From assembly GCA_043814605.1 (NCBI GenBank), contig JBDRJV010000007.1, positions 67,354 to 131,353 on the forward strand: 64,000 bases of DNA. Direction: 5' to 3'. This document shows positions 45,871 through 56,450 of the stretch, piece by piece. The DNA is from Candidatus Omnitrophota bacterium. GTDB lineage: Bacteria > Omnitrophota > Gorgyraeia > B26-G9. Each line of letters starts with the position of its first letter. Within the stretch, counting starts at the first letter, position 1. The translations under genes and the position numbers were made by a program. Below the pieces are notes generated by a model that did not search any database, was not told the origin of the DNA, and worked only from the letters and a program-made list of their open reading frames with translations.

Positions 45871-47121
45871 ATGAGTTTTAAAACTCCGGAAGAACAATTA
45901 GAACTGATTAAACGCGGCAGTGTTGAGATTATTTCCGAAACAGAACTGCTTAAAAAACTGGAAAAATCCTGCAAAAATAATAAACCCCTGGTCATTAAAG
46001 CTGGCTTTGATCCGAGTGCACCGGATATCCATTTAGGCCACACAGTGTTATTGCGTAAACTTCGCCATTTTCAGCAATTAGGACATCAAGTTATTTTTCT
46101 AATCGGTGATTTTACGGGTATGATTGGTGATCCTACGGGAAAGTCGGAAATCAGAAAGCAGCTAACCCGTGAGCAGGTTAATAAAAATGCTCAGACCTAT
46201 CAGGATCAAATTGAGAAAATTCTGGATCTAAAAAAAATAAAAATTGTGTTTAACAGCACTTGGTTTGAAAAAATGAATGTGTATAAATTTTTAGAACTTA
46301 CCAGCCATTTGACAATTGCGCAAATTTTAGCGCGGGATGATTTTAAGCAGCGTTATAAGACAGGAAAAGATATCAGTGTTTTAGAATTTATTTATCCACT
46401 TTTACAGGGATATGATTCTGTAGAATTAAAAGCGGATGTGGAGCTGGGAGGGACAGATCAAAAATTTAATCTTTTAGTCGGCCGGCAGCTGCAAAAAGAT
46501 TTCCAAATGGACTCACAGTGTGTATTAATGATGCCTTTATTGGAGGGGTTAGACGGGGCGCAAAAGATGAGTAAGAGTTTAAATAATTATGTGGGTATTA
46601 CTGAGCCCGCCGACGAAATGTATGCAAAATTAATGTCGATTTCGGATGAACTTATGTTTCGTTATTATGAATTACTCACGGATATTGCTTTGCCGGAGAT
46701 CTCTCAAATGAAAAAAGATATTAAATCAGGAAATTTGCATCCGAAAAAAGCCAAAGAAAATTTAGCTTATCAAATCACTGAATTTTATCACGGACAAAAG
46801 TCAGCGGAAAAAGCCCGGATTATTTTTAACAGCCGGTTTAGCGGCGGGACAAACTGGGATGATTTAAATAATTTTCAAACATATGTTTTAAAAAAATCAG
46901 ATTGGCAGCAGGCCAAAAATGGAAAACTTTGGATTTGTAAAATTATTACGCAGGCCGGAGCAACAAAAAGTAATTCTGATGCGAGAAGATTAATCCAGCA
47001 AAAAGCAGTTATGCTTGATGGTCAAGTGCTCGAAGATGACGGTTTAGAATTGCCTTTGCCGGATAAGCATTATTTATTAAAAGTAGGCAAAAAGCAATTT
47101 ATTCGAATAATTACAGAGTAG
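45871..47121 (+). CDS. tyrS: tyrosine--tRNA ligase
   Basis: HIGH-type motif (DIHLGHTV), KMSKS, C-terminal S4-like domain. The tracked ORF starts at 45733, but an RBS-like purine-rich stretch precedes the ATG at 45871 ([13 protein letters not shown]). Confidence 0.85.
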   Translation: MSFKTPEEQLELIKRGSVEIISETELLKKLEKSCKNNKPLVIKAGFDPSAPDIHLGHTVLLRKLRHFQQLGHQVIFLIGDFTGMIGDPTGKSEIRKQLTREQVNKNAQTYQDQIEKILDLKKIKIVFNSTWFEKMNVYKFLELTSHLTIAQILARDDFKQRYKTGKDISVLEFIYPLLQGYDSVELKADVELGGTDQKFNLLVGRQLQKDFQMDSQCVLMMPLLEGLDGAQKMSKSLNNYVGITEPADEMYAKLMSISDELMFRYYELLTDIALPEISQMKKDIKSGNLHPKKAKENLAYQITEFYHGQKSAEKARIIFNSRFSGGTNWDDLNNFQTYVLKKSDWQQAKNGKLWICKIITQAGATKSNSDARRLIQQKAVMLDGQVLEDDGLELPLPDKHYLLKVGKKQFIRIITE

Positions 47122-47135
47122 TATTTATCTCATAA

Positions 47136-49223
47136 TTGTGGATGAATAAAAATACACAAATCCTCACACAGTCTGCACAATATTTAAAAGGTGTTGGCCC
47201 AAAAAAAATAAAATCCTTAAATAAGTTAAGTATTGCGACAATTAAGGATGTCCTATATTACTTTCCCCGGCGTTATGAAGACCGTTCGAATTTTATTAAT
47301 ATTAGTAAGATTAGTATAGGAAAAATTGAAACTGTACGTGGCCGAGTTTTAACCATGAGCCTAAGACGCTTGCGCGGAAAAAGAACCATATTCCATTTAG
47401 CTGTGGGTGATGAAACCGGCGTAATTTACGGCACCTGGTTTAACCAGCCTTATCTAAAAAATTTCTTTAAGATAAATGATCATGTAATTTTGCACGGAAA
47501 AGTTGATTTTTATCATAAGCTGCAAATTAATTCACCCGAGTATGAAATTTTACAGGATGATGATCCGGAAAATACAATTCACACCGGCCGCATTGTGCCG
47601 ATTTATCCCCTCACGGCTGATGTGAGCCAAAGATATTTACGCAGGATTATTAAATATTGTGTGGATAATTATGCACAGAATATACAGGAATTTTTGCCGG
47701 AAACAATTCTTAAAAGAAATAATCTACTCACATTGGGTCAGTCCTTGCTCAACATCCATTTCCCGGAATCAGATACTCAGTTAAAAACAGCAAGAAAAAG
47801 GTTAATTTTTGATGAATTTTTTCTCCTGCAGTTAGCGCTGGCGATAAAAAGAAAAGATGTAAAAACTAATAAAAACGGAATAAGTTATAAAATCGAAGGA
47901 AAAATTCTAGAAAAATTCAAAAAATCTCTGCCTTTTGAACTTACCGGTGATCAGCAGAAAGTTATGGCGGAAATTGAATCAGATATGGCTAGCTGCCAAC
48001 CGATGAACCGGTTATTACAGGGGGATGTGGGCAGCGGAAAAACAGTTGTTTGTGTGCATGCTGCCCTTATTTGTTTACAAAATAATTATCAAGCTGCTTT
48101 AATGGCGCCGACGGAAATCCTGGCACAGCAGCATGATCAGACAATCAGGGGAATGCTTAAACCTTTGGGGTTTAAAACTGTATGCTTAACCAGCAGCTTG
48201 AAAAAGAAAGAGAAAAAATCTGTTTTAGCGGAAATTGAAAATCAGGCAATAGATTTTATTATTGGTACGCATGCTCTAATTCAAGCAGAGGTTAAATTTA
48301 AAAAACTGGGTTTAATTATCGTGGATGAACAGCATAAATTTGGTGTTTTACAAAGGGAGAAATTATTAAAAAAATCAATTACGCCGGATGTGTTAGTAAT
48401 GAGTGCTACTCCCATACCGCGCACATTAGCAATTACAGTTTACGGTGATTTGGATATTTCCACAATCAGAGAGCTTCCGCCGGAACGGAATCCGGTAAAG
48501 ACCTACTGGATCAGTGAGAAAAAAAGAAAAGATTTTTATACTTTTCTAAAACAAAAAATAAAAGAAAAAAATCAGGTTTATGTGGTCTATCCGGTAATTG
48601 AAAAATCAAAAAGTCTAGATTTAAAAGCTGCCACTAAAATGTTTGAACAGTTTAAAGATAAGATTTTTCCTGAGTATAAAGTTGGCTTAGTACACGGGAA
48701 AATGACAGATTCCCAGAAAAAACAGGTAATGGGGGAATTTAAAAAAGGAAAGATTGATATTTTAGTGGCCACAACTGTGATTGAAGTGGGAATTGATGTC
48801 CCTAATGCCTCAATTATTTTAATCGAACATGCCGAGCGTTTTGGTTTAAGCCAGCTGCATCAGCTGCGCGGCCGGGTCGGACGCGGTAAAAAACAGGCTT
48901 TTTGTGTATTACTCAGTTCTGGGAAATCCGAAGATTCACAAAAAAGGCTCTCGGCGATGATTAAAACAACAGATGGGTTTAAAATCGCTGAGTATGATTT
49001 GTTGATTCGCGGCCCGGGTGAATTTTTTGGCACCCGGCAAAGCGGGCTGCCAGAGCTTAAACTCGGTAATATTATTAATGATAAAGATGCGTTAATCTTA
49101 GCTCGTAAGGAAGCTTTTTCCTTTATGCAGGAACAGAATCTTGATTACACCTCTAATTTTACGTGTATTACGGAAATGCTTGACCGATTTTCTCTTGATC
49201 CGGCTCAGGTAATGTCTCGTTAA
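47136..49223 (+). CDS. recG: ATP-dependent DNA helicase RecG
   Basis: 695 aa; N-terminal wedge/OB domain, helicase motifs GDVGSGKT, DEQHKFG, and a C-terminal RecG-type domain. Confidence 0.88.
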   Translation: MWMNKNTQILTQSAQYLKGVGPKKIKSLNKLSIATIKDVLYYFPRRYEDRSNFINISKISIGKIETVRGRVLTMSLRRLRGKRTIFHLAVGDETGVIYGTWFNQPYLKNFFKINDHVILHGKVDFYHKLQINSPEYEILQDDDPENTIHTGRIVPIYPLTADVSQRYLRRIIKYCVDNYAQNIQEFLPETILKRNNLLTLGQSLLNIHFPESDTQLKTARKRLIFDEFFLLQLALAIKRKDVKTNKNGISYKIEGKILEKFKKSLPFELTGDQQKVMAEIESDMASCQPMNRLLQGDVGSGKTVVCVHAALICLQNNYQAALMAPTEILAQQHDQTIRGMLKPLGFKTVCLTSSLKKKEKKSVLAEIENQAIDFIIGTHALIQAEVKFKKLGLIIVDEQHKFGVLQREKLLKKSITPDVLVMSATPIPRTLAITVYGDLDISTIRELPPERNPVKTYWISEKKRKDFYTFLKQKIKEKNQVYVVYPVIEKSKSLDLKAATKMFEQFKDKIFPEYKVGLVHGKMTDSQKKQVMGEFKKGKIDILVATTVIEVGIDVPNASIILIEHAERFGLSQLHQLRGRVGRGKKQAFCVLLSSGKSEDSQKRLSAMIKTTDGFKIAEYDLLIRGPGEFFGTRQSGLPELKLGNIINDKDALILARKEAFSFMQEQNLDYTSNFTCITEMLDRFSLDPAQVMSR

Positions 49224-49265
49224 AACCTTGCTTAGCTGATTTATGGTAAATTAAGGGTTTTTTTA

Positions 49266-49294
49266 TTGACGTAACTCTAAATTTCTGGTATACA
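49266..49294 (+). promoter_or_regulatory. sigma70-like promoter candidate for the transporter gene (TTGACG-17 nt-TATACA)
   Basis: TTGACG 49266-71, TATACA 49289-94. Confidence 0.35.
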
Positions 49295-49350
49295 TATCTC
49301 TATGTCTGTTATTCCAAAATTCCTAAAGATTAAACATTTTTTTTCAAATT

Positions 49351-50892
49351 TTGGAGGTCATGCAAATGAGTAAGGATTCCTTTGCTCATCACCGGCCGCA
49401 ATGGAAAACTCATATTGGTTTTTTACTGGCGGCAATTGGCTCAGCTGTAGGCTTAGGCAATATCTGGAGATTTCCATACCTGTGTTATAAAAATGGCGGC
49501 GGAGCTTTTTTAGTCCCTTATTTAATTGCGCTTTTTGTGGTGGGTATTCCCTTAATGATTTTGGAAATTGGGTTAGGCCATAAAATGCGTGGTTCAGCTC
49601 CTGCCAGTGTTTCCAGTATTTCTAAAAAATGGGAATGGTGCGGCTGGTGGCAGGTAATCTTAGCTATGGGTGGTATTTTGTTTTATTATTCAGTGATTAT
49701 TGCCTGGTGTGTTGATTATTTTTTTTATGCATTTAGCAGCAGTTGGACTGAGAATCCAAATGCTTTTTTCTTTGAAAAATTTCTTATGGTTAGCGATGGC
49801 CCTTTTCAAATCGGTGATTTAAGAACTCCGATTTTAATTGCACTCTTAGCGGTCTGGATTATAAATTGGCTGGTTGTATTTCTCGGCGTGCAAAAAGGAT
49901 TAGAACGTGCGAATAAAGTATTTATGCCTTTATTATTTTGCTTAACCGTAATAATCGTGCTTTGGAGTATCCGTTTACCAGGAGCCAAAGCAGGAATTCT
50001 GGTTTATATCACGCCTCAATTGGGCTGTTTAAAAAATATTAAAGTGTGGATGGATGCTTTTAGTCAAATTTTCTTTTCTTTAAGTTTAGGGTTTGGGGTT
50101 ATGGTGGCCTATTCATCGTATTTACCGCAGAAATGCCAGATTGTTAAAGATGCTTGCATCATAAGTATTATTGATTGTTTATTTTCGATTTTTGCCGGGT
50201 TTGGAGTTTTTTCAGTTCTGGGGTATATGGCTAATTCCACAGCTGTACCAATCAGCGAGGTTGTGCAGGAATCCATTGGCTTAGCTTTTGTTGTGTATCC
50301 GAAAGCGATTAGTCTGCTGCCAGCTTTTTCCCGTGAATTTGGTTTAATCTTTTTCGCTATTTTAGTTATTGCCGGATTATCTTCCGGAATATCAATATTA
50401 GAAGCAGTAACCTCGGCGATAATCGATAAATTCCATTATTCACGTAAAGTTGTAGTTTCTGTGCTTTCGGTTATCGGATTTTTAGGCGGTATAATTTTTA
50501 CAACCCGTGCCGGGCTTTTCTGGCTGGATATTGTTGATCATGCGGTAACGCATTACGGGATTGTGATCACGGCAATTTTTGAATGCATAATCATTGGCTG
50601 GGTGTTTAAAGCTAAACGTTTACGCATGCACATTAATCATTACAGTGTTTGGAAATTAAAAAAATGGTGGTGGGATGTTTCGATTAAGTTTATTGCGCCG
50701 CTGATTCTTTTGGGGCTGTTAATTTCTACAATTTTAGAAGAAATTGCTAAGCCCTACGGTGATTATTCCCGCCTAGCGACAATTGTGATCGGCCGTGACT
50801 GGCTTATATATACTTTATTTTTTGCAATTATTATTTCAACTTATGCCTGGAAAGTTGAACCACAAAAAAGAATGCTTGATTTGGAAAAGTAA
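49351..50892 (+). CDS. sodium-dependent transporter, NSS/SNF (neurotransmitter:sodium symporter) family
   Basis: GSAVGLGNIWRFPY signature near the N-terminus; ~12 TM helices. Confidence 0.88.
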   Translation: MEVMQMSKDSFAHHRPQWKTHIGFLLAAIGSAVGLGNIWRFPYLCYKNGGGAFLVPYLIALFVVGIPLMILEIGLGHKMRGSAPASVSSISKKWEWCGWWQVILAMGGILFYYSVIIAWCVDYFFYAFSSSWTENPNAFFFEKFLMVSDGPFQIGDLRTPILIALLAVWIINWLVVFLGVQKGLERANKVFMPLLFCLTVIIVLWSIRLPGAKAGILVYITPQLGCLKNIKVWMDAFSQIFFSLSLGFGVMVAYSSYLPQKCQIVKDACIISIIDCLFSIFAGFGVFSVLGYMANSTAVPISEVVQESIGLAFVVYPKAISLLPAFSREFGLIFFAILVIAGLSSGISILEAVTSAIIDKFHYSRKVVVSVLSVIGFLGGIIFTTRAGLFWLDIVDHAVTHYGIVITAIFECIIIGWVFKAKRLRMHINHYSVWKLKKWWWDVSIKFIAPLILLGLLISTILEEIAKPYGDYSRLATIVIGRDWLIYTLFFAIIISTYAWKVEPQKRMLDLEK

Positions 50893-50945
50893 TAAAATAT
50901 TTTATGAAAATTATACATTCTAAACCGATAAGGAGGTAGTGAGTA

Positions 50946-52997
50946 ATGGAGAAATATACAGGTAGCTCTATACGTAATATTGTAGTGCTTTCACATTTAG
51001 GGGCTGGTAAAACGTCACTGGTTGAATCAATTCTTTTTACTCAAGGCCAAGTTACAAGGCTGGGCAGTGTGGATGAGGGAAATTCTAATAGTGATTACGA
51101 TTCGATCGAAATAAGCCGCAAAATTTCTATCAATACTTCCTTACTGCACTGTTTCAGCGGTAAAGTTAAATTAAATTTTATTGATACACCGGGCTATGCT
51201 GATTTTATTATGGAATTGCGCAATGCCATTCCAGCGGCTGAAGCAGCAGTGGTAGTTATCAGTGGAGTTGACGGGATTGAGGTGGGGACACAAAGAGTAT
51301 GGACAATTCTGGATAAATATAATTTACCGCGTTGTGTTTTTATCAATAAATTAGATAAAGAAAATGCAGACTTTTATAAAACTGTAGAGCAAATTGTCGA
51401 GAATTTTGGTAATAACTGTATTCCCGTATTTATTCCTAACGGCACACAAGCAAATTTTAATAATATTGCGGATATTATTTCTCAATCAAACCTGGATTCA
51501 CTCAGTGATGAGGATAAACAAAAAGGTGAAAAATACAGAGAGAAATTTATTGAACTTGTTGCGGAAGTTGATGATAATCTTATAGAAAAGTATCTTAACG
51601 GTGAAGAATTAACCGCGGAAGAGATTAACGCAGCATTTAAACAGGCGTTTATGCAAAATAAAGTGGTGCCGATTTTTTGCGGGAATTCCCTTAAGAGTAT
51701 TGGCGTCAAGGAATTTATCCAAAAAATTGTAGATTTTGTTCCCAGTCCGGATATGAAAGGGGAAATTGAAGGGATTGACCCGCAAACAAAAGAAAAAAAA
51801 GTTTTACCGGTTAAAGACAATGCTGCTTTCAGCGGTTTTGTGTTTAAAACAATTTCTGATCCTTATGTCGGTCAGTTAAGTATTTTTAAGGTAGCATCCG
51901 GGATTTTAAAATCTAACACAGAATTTTTTAATGTTACCGAATCACAAGTTGAGCGCTTCGGACAGCTCTATGTGCTTCAGGGTAAAGAACAGCTGCCGGT
52001 GGATGAGGTTTTTGCCGGGGATATTGCGGCGGTAGCGAAATTAAAAGTAACCCATACCGGAGACTCGATCAGTGATATTAAAGAAAAAGTATTGTATGAT
52101 AAAAAAGCTACGGCTTTACCGGCAATATCATATTCTCTTAAACCAAAAACAAGACAAGATGAAGAAAAAATTTCTCAGGCGCTCGCCAAGATGACAATCG
52201 AAGATCAGGGAATTCAGGTATCCCGCGACACTCAGACAAAAGAATTAATTATTTCTGGTATGGGAGATTCGCATCTGGAAGTTACAATTGAAAGATTAAA
52301 AACCCGGTATCATGTAGAGGTTGAAGTAGGCACGCCGAAAGTCCCTTATAAAGAAACAATCAGAAAAAGCACTAAAGTGCATCATAAGTACAAAAAACAA
52401 TCCGGAGGCCGGGGGCAATACGGTGATGTATGGCTGGAGATTGAGCCTTTACCGCGCGGTGAAAATTTTGAATTTGTTAATAAAGTTGTCGGCGGTGCTG
52501 TCCCGCGCCAATATATCCCGTCTGTGGAAAAAGGTGTGCGCAGATCAATGAGTGAGGGTGCGGTTGCCGGATATCCGTTAGTTGATTTAAAAGTAACAAT
52601 TTATGATGGTTCTTATCATGAAGTTGATTCATCAGATATGGCATTTCAAATTGCCGGGGGTATGGCTTTACGTAAGGGAATATTAGAAGCGTCTCCGGTA
52701 TTATTGGAACCAGTTATGGAAGTAGAGGTTATTATACCCGATGATTGTATGGGCGCGATAAACGGTGATTTAAGTTCCCGCCGGGGCCGGGTACAGGGAA
52801 TGGAACAAGCAGGTAAGTATGAGAAGATTAAAGCCCAGGTGCCATTATCAGAAATGCTGCGCTACGCAACTGACTTGCGCAGTATGACACACGGACGGGG
52901 CTCTTATTCGATGAGTTTTTCCCATTATGAGGAAGTGCCGCAAAGAATCACGGAAAAAATTATTGCTCAGTCAAAAAAAGCGGAAAAGGAAGAATAA
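50946..52997 (+). CDS. elongation factor G-family translational GTPase (EF-G paralog / EF-G2-like)
   Basis: 683 aa; G motifs SHLGAGKTSL (divergent G1), DTPGYADF, NKLD; domains II-V recognisable. The divergent G1 and stand-alone context mean I am not calling it the canonical fusA. Confidence 0.75.
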   Translation: MEKYTGSSIRNIVVLSHLGAGKTSLVESILFTQGQVTRLGSVDEGNSNSDYDSIEISRKISINTSLLHCFSGKVKLNFIDTPGYADFIMELRNAIPAAEAAVVVISGVDGIEVGTQRVWTILDKYNLPRCVFINKLDKENADFYKTVEQIVENFGNNCIPVFIPNGTQANFNNIADIISQSNLDSLSDEDKQKGEKYREKFIELVAEVDDNLIEKYLNGEELTAEEINAAFKQAFMQNKVVPIFCGNSLKSIGVKEFIQKIVDFVPSPDMKGEIEGIDPQTKEKKVLPVKDNAAFSGFVFKTISDPYVGQLSIFKVASGILKSNTEFFNVTESQVERFGQLYVLQGKEQLPVDEVFAGDIAAVAKLKVTHTGDSISDIKEKVLYDKKATALPAISYSLKPKTRQDEEKISQALAKMTIEDQGIQVSRDTQTKELIISGMGDSHLEVTIERLKTRYHVEVEVGTPKVPYKETIRKSTKVHHKYKKQSGGRGQYGDVWLEIEPLPRGENFEFVNKVVGGAVPRQYIPSVEKGVRRSMSEGAVAGYPLVDLKVTIYDGSYHEVDSSDMAFQIAGGMALRKGILEASPVLLEPVMEVEVIIPDDCMGAINGDLSSRRGRVQGMEQAGKYEKIKAQVPLSEMLRYATDLRSMTHGRGSYSMSFSHYEEVPQRITEKIIAQSKKAEKEE

Positions 52998-53009
52998 TTT
53001 CTATTAATA

Positions 53010-53405
53010 ATGTTTCTAAAAAAAACAAAGGCATTTACTTTAATTGAAACGATAATTGCTTTGGCAATTCTAGGTGTGGGTTTGGTTGCGGTCATGCGCT
53101 ATTTTCCCCAGGCTTTAGATACGGCAAAAAGATCGGCAGATTTAACTCAGGCGACCATGATTGCTCAGCAAAAAATTGAAGAGATTAAAGCCGAGAGTTT
53201 TGATAATATTAATAATGCAGATAGTTTTCAGACCAGCGGGTTTATTTTGGATCCAGAGCATAGCGGCTTTGAATATGAAATAGTGATTAACCCCTTAGGT
53301 GATGTTACACTAAAAAGTATTACCGTGCGTGTGCGCTGGCAATTTAAAGCGAAAACAATCAGCCGGGAATTTCAAACACAAATTGTTAAATATGAGCCAG
53401 CTTAA
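53010..53405 (+). CDS. orphan prepilin-type N-terminal domain protein (type II secretion/T4P pseudopilin-like)
   Basis: KAFTLIETIIALAILGVGLVAV (A|FTLIE cleavage/methylation motif); 131 aa; located away from the pilus locus. Confidence 0.65.
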   Translation: MFLKKTKAFTLIETIIALAILGVGLVAVMRYFPQALDTAKRSADLTQATMIAQQKIEEIKAESFDNINNADSFQTSGFILDPEHSGFEYEIVINPLGDVTLKSITVRVRWQFKAKTISREFQTQIVKYEPA

Positions 53406-53440
53406 AAAACAAATAAAATGAAATAGGAGCAGGTGATTTT

Positions 53441-54193
53441 ATGTCCGGACATTCAAAGTGGGCAAGTATCAAACACAAAAAAGCAGCAACGGATGCTAAA
53501 AGAGGTAAAATTTTTACAAAACTGATTAAAGAAATAACTGTTGCGGCTAGATTCGGCGGAGGGAATCCAGAAGCTAATCCACGTTTGCGTTTAGCGATAT
53601 CCAAAGCGAAAGAATCGAATATGCCTAAGGATAATATTGATAAGGCGATAAAAAAGGGTACCGGAGAACTGCCGGGTGTTGTTTATGAAGAAATAATTTA
53701 TGAGGGTTATGGCCAGAACGGAGTAGCAATATTAGTGAATGTTTTAACTGATAATAAAAATCGCGCGGCAGCAGAATTACGCAGTTTGTTTACGAAAAAA
53801 GGCGGGAACATGGCCGGAGCCGGTTCTGTTGCCTGGCAGTTTAAGCAAAAGGGGTTGATTATTGTTAATGCCCGGGAATGTTCTGAAGAAAAACTAATGG
53901 ATATTGTTTTAGAAAACGGAGCCGAAGATATAACGCAGCAGGAAGGGAATTTTGAAGTCAGTATTCCGGTGAAAGAATTCGATAATGTAAAAAAAGCGAT
54001 TGAAGATGCCGGGATAAACCCTGTATCGGCAGAAATAACCATGATTCCCGATGCGAATGTGAAAATTACCGATCAAGTTGTGGCAGCACAAATCATGAAT
54101 TTAGTCAGCGCGTTAGAGGATCATGATGATGTGCAGAATGTTTACGCTAATTTTGATATTCCGGATGAAATTCTAGAAAAATTAGATTCTTAA
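53441..54193 (+). CDS. yebC: YebC/PmpR family DNA-binding transcriptional regulator
   Basis: MSGHSKWASIKHKK N-terminus is diagnostic; conserved yebC-ruvC linkage. Confidence 0.9.
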   Translation: MSGHSKWASIKHKKAATDAKRGKIFTKLIKEITVAARFGGGNPEANPRLRLAISKAKESNMPKDNIDKAIKKGTGELPGVVYEEIIYEGYGQNGVAILVNVLTDNKNRAAAELRSLFTKKGGNMAGAGSVAWQFKQKGLIIVNARECSEEKLMDIVLENGAEDITQQEGNFEVSIPVKEFDNVKKAIEDAGINPVSAEITMIPDANVKITDQVVAAQIMNLVSALEDHDDVQNVYANFDIPDEILEKLDS

Positions 54194-54218
54194 TTTTTAA
54201 TGTGCAAAAGAGAAAAAT

Positions 54219-54764
54219 ATGCGAGTTTTAGGTGTGGATCCCGGACTGCAATGTACAGGTTATGGTATAATCGAATTTAAGGGCAGCAGTACTAATTTAA
54301 AATCAAAGGCGGCAAATCGGATAACTCTTTTGGAAGCGGGAATCATCCGGACGAAAGCGCGCGATAAATTAACCGTAAGATTAAAAAAAATTTATGCCGG
54401 AATTTTAGAAGTGTCAGAGAAATACAATCCGGATGTAATTGCTTTAGAAGAATTATACTCGCATTATCAGAATCCGCGTACGGCAATTATTATGGCGCAT
54501 GCCCGCGGAGTAATTTGCTTAGTTGCTGCGAACACAAACATTAATGTTGTTGATTATGCCGCACGTAAAGTGAAAAAAGCCATAACCGGTACAGGCACAG
54601 CAAAAAAAATACAGATGCAAAAAGTGGTAAAAGAAATTTTAAATTTAAAAAAAAATCCCGAGCCGCATGATGTTGCCGATGCATTAGCTTTAGCGATTAC
54701 ACATTTAAATGTTTCAAGGTTTGTAAAATTTAATGCCGGTGAAAAAATAAGGATTAATTTTTGA
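54219..54764 (+). CDS. ruvC: crossover junction endodeoxyribonuclease RuvC
   Basis: MRVLGVDPGL (catalytic Asp) and the RuvC fold pattern; upstream of ruvA. Confidence 0.85.
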   Translation: MRVLGVDPGLQCTGYGIIEFKGSSTNLKSKAANRITLLEAGIIRTKARDKLTVRLKKIYAGILEVSEKYNPDVIALEELYSHYQNPRTAIIMAHARGVICLVAANTNINVVDYAARKVKKAITGTGTAKKIQMQKVVKEILNLKKNPEPHDVADALALAITHLNVSRFVKFNAGEKIRINF

Positions 54765-55396
54765 TGATTTCCCGAATATCTGGTAAACTAATAAAAAGAA
54801 ACGAACTTTCCTTGGTGCTGGATGTAAATGGAATTGGTTATGAAGTTTTTATTCCCCAAGGGGTAATAAAGTGCATGAGTTTTGACCGGACGGATGCGCA
54901 AATATTAGAGTTTATCACTTTTCATTATTATCAGAACGATCAGTCAAAAAGTATACCGATTTTAATCGGATTCGATAATGAAGTTGAGCGAGAATTCTTT
55001 GAAAAATTTATCACTGTATCCGGCATCGGGCCAAAAGCTGCGGTAAAAGCGTTAAGTGAGCCGATATCCGATATTGCCCGCGCGATTGATAATGGAGATA
55101 TTAGTTTTTTAAAATCATTACCCGGTATTGGTACACAGCGGGCCCGTGAGATTATTGCTAAATTACAGGGTAAAGTAGGAAAATTCGGTTTAATTCAGTC
55201 TGTGGCTTGGCCTAGCCTTATGCCGGAGGTGAAAACAGATTTAGAAAAAGAAGCATTAGCAGTATTATTGCAATTACAGTACAAAAAAACAGAAGCAGAA
55301 TTAATGATTAAAAAAGCAATCGAAAGAAACCCTAACCTAGAAAGTTCAGAAGAGCTGTTAAATGAAGTATACAGACAAAGATCAAAACAAGATTGA
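54761..55396 (+). CDS. ruvA: Holliday junction branch migration protein RuvA
   Basis: 211 aa; OB domain plus HhH motifs (LPGIGTQRA); between ruvC and ruvB. Confidence 0.85.
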   Translation: MMISRISGKLIKRNELSLVLDVNGIGYEVFIPQGVIKCMSFDRTDAQILEFITFHYYQNDQSKSIPILIGFDNEVEREFFEKFITVSGIGPKAAVKALSEPISDIARAIDNGDISFLKSLPGIGTQRAREIIAKLQGKVGKFGLIQSVAWPSLMPEVKTDLEKEALAVLLQLQYKKTEAELMIKKAIERNPNLESSEELLNEVYRQRSKQD

Positions 55397-55409
55397 GCCG
55401 GAGGAAAAT

Positions 55410-56450
55410 ATGCTTCGGGAACCGGTGCTCAGGCAGGCAGAGACAGAAGAAGATATTGTCCTCAATCTTTCTTTGCGTCCTTTTCAATTCAATGATTTTA
55501 TCGGCCAGAAACAGATTAAGGAAAACCTTAAGATCGGGATTGAGGCTTCAAAATCAAGAAATGAGCCGCTGGAACATTTAATTTTTTCCGGACCTCCGGG
55601 ACTGGGAAAAACAACACTGGCGCATATTATTGCGCATGAAATGGGCACGAAGATTACAACAACCTCCGGCCCGGCGATTGAACGGGCGGGAGATTTGATT
55701 GGTATTCTGACCAACCTTGAACACGGAGATATTTTATTTATTGATGAAATCCATCGCTTATCTAAAATTGTCGAAGAATTCCTTTATCCGGCCATGGAAG
55801 ATTATAAAATTGATTTTGTGATTGATAAAGGCCCGTATGCAAAAACAATAAATTTTAACTTGAAACCATTTACCTTAATCGGCGCAACAACGCGTTCCGG
55901 GCTTTTGACTGCGGCTTTGCGCAGCCGTTTTGGCATGTACTATCATCTTGATTTTTATCCCTGGGAAGAATTAGTCACTGTGATCAAAAAATCAGCCGCA
56001 GTATTGGGTATTGATTTAGATGATGAAAGTGCTGTAATAATTGCCAAAAGATCCCGCGGGACACCGCGCGTAGCCAATCGATTACTCAGGCGTGTGCGGG
56101 ATTATTCTCAAGTTAAGGCCAAAGGCCGTGTGGATGCGCAGATTACGGGTACAGCACTTAATTTACAGGGTGTAGATAATTTGGGTTTAGATGATATTGA
56201 CCGCAGAGTATTAAAAGTAATTTTGGATACCTATAATGGCGGGCCTGTAGGCATAGAATCTCTGGCCGCTACTTTAAACGAAGAAAGTGATACAATTGTT
56301 GATGTGGTTGAACCTTATTTATTAAAAATGGGTCTTTTAAAACGTTCACCGCGAGGACGCATTGCCACAGAACTAGCTTACCAGCATCTTGGCTGTAATA
56401 AAATCAAAGGCAAGAAAAACTCTCAAAAGGAGATGTTTGAAAGTGAGTAG
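55410..56450 (+). CDS. ruvB: Holliday junction branch migration ATPase RuvB
   Basis: GPPGLGKTTLA Walker A, sensor motifs, winged-helix C-terminus; RBS GGAGG 5 nt before the ATG at 55410 (the tracked ORF starts at 55362 and overlaps ruvA). Confidence 0.85.
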   Translation: MLREPVLRQAETEEDIVLNLSLRPFQFNDFIGQKQIKENLKIGIEASKSRNEPLEHLIFSGPPGLGKTTLAHIIAHEMGTKITTTSGPAIERAGDLIGILTNLEHGDILFIDEIHRLSKIVEEFLYPAMEDYKIDFVIDKGPYAKTINFNLKPFTLIGATTRSGLLTAALRSRFGMYYHLDFYPWEELVTVIKKSAAVLGIDLDDESAVIIAKRSRGTPRVANRLLRRVRDYSQVKAKGRVDAQITGTALNLQGVDNLGLDDIDRRVLKVILDTYNGGPVGIESLAATLNEESDTIVDVVEPYLLKMGLLKRSPRGRIATELAYQHLGCNKIKGKKNSQKEMFESE

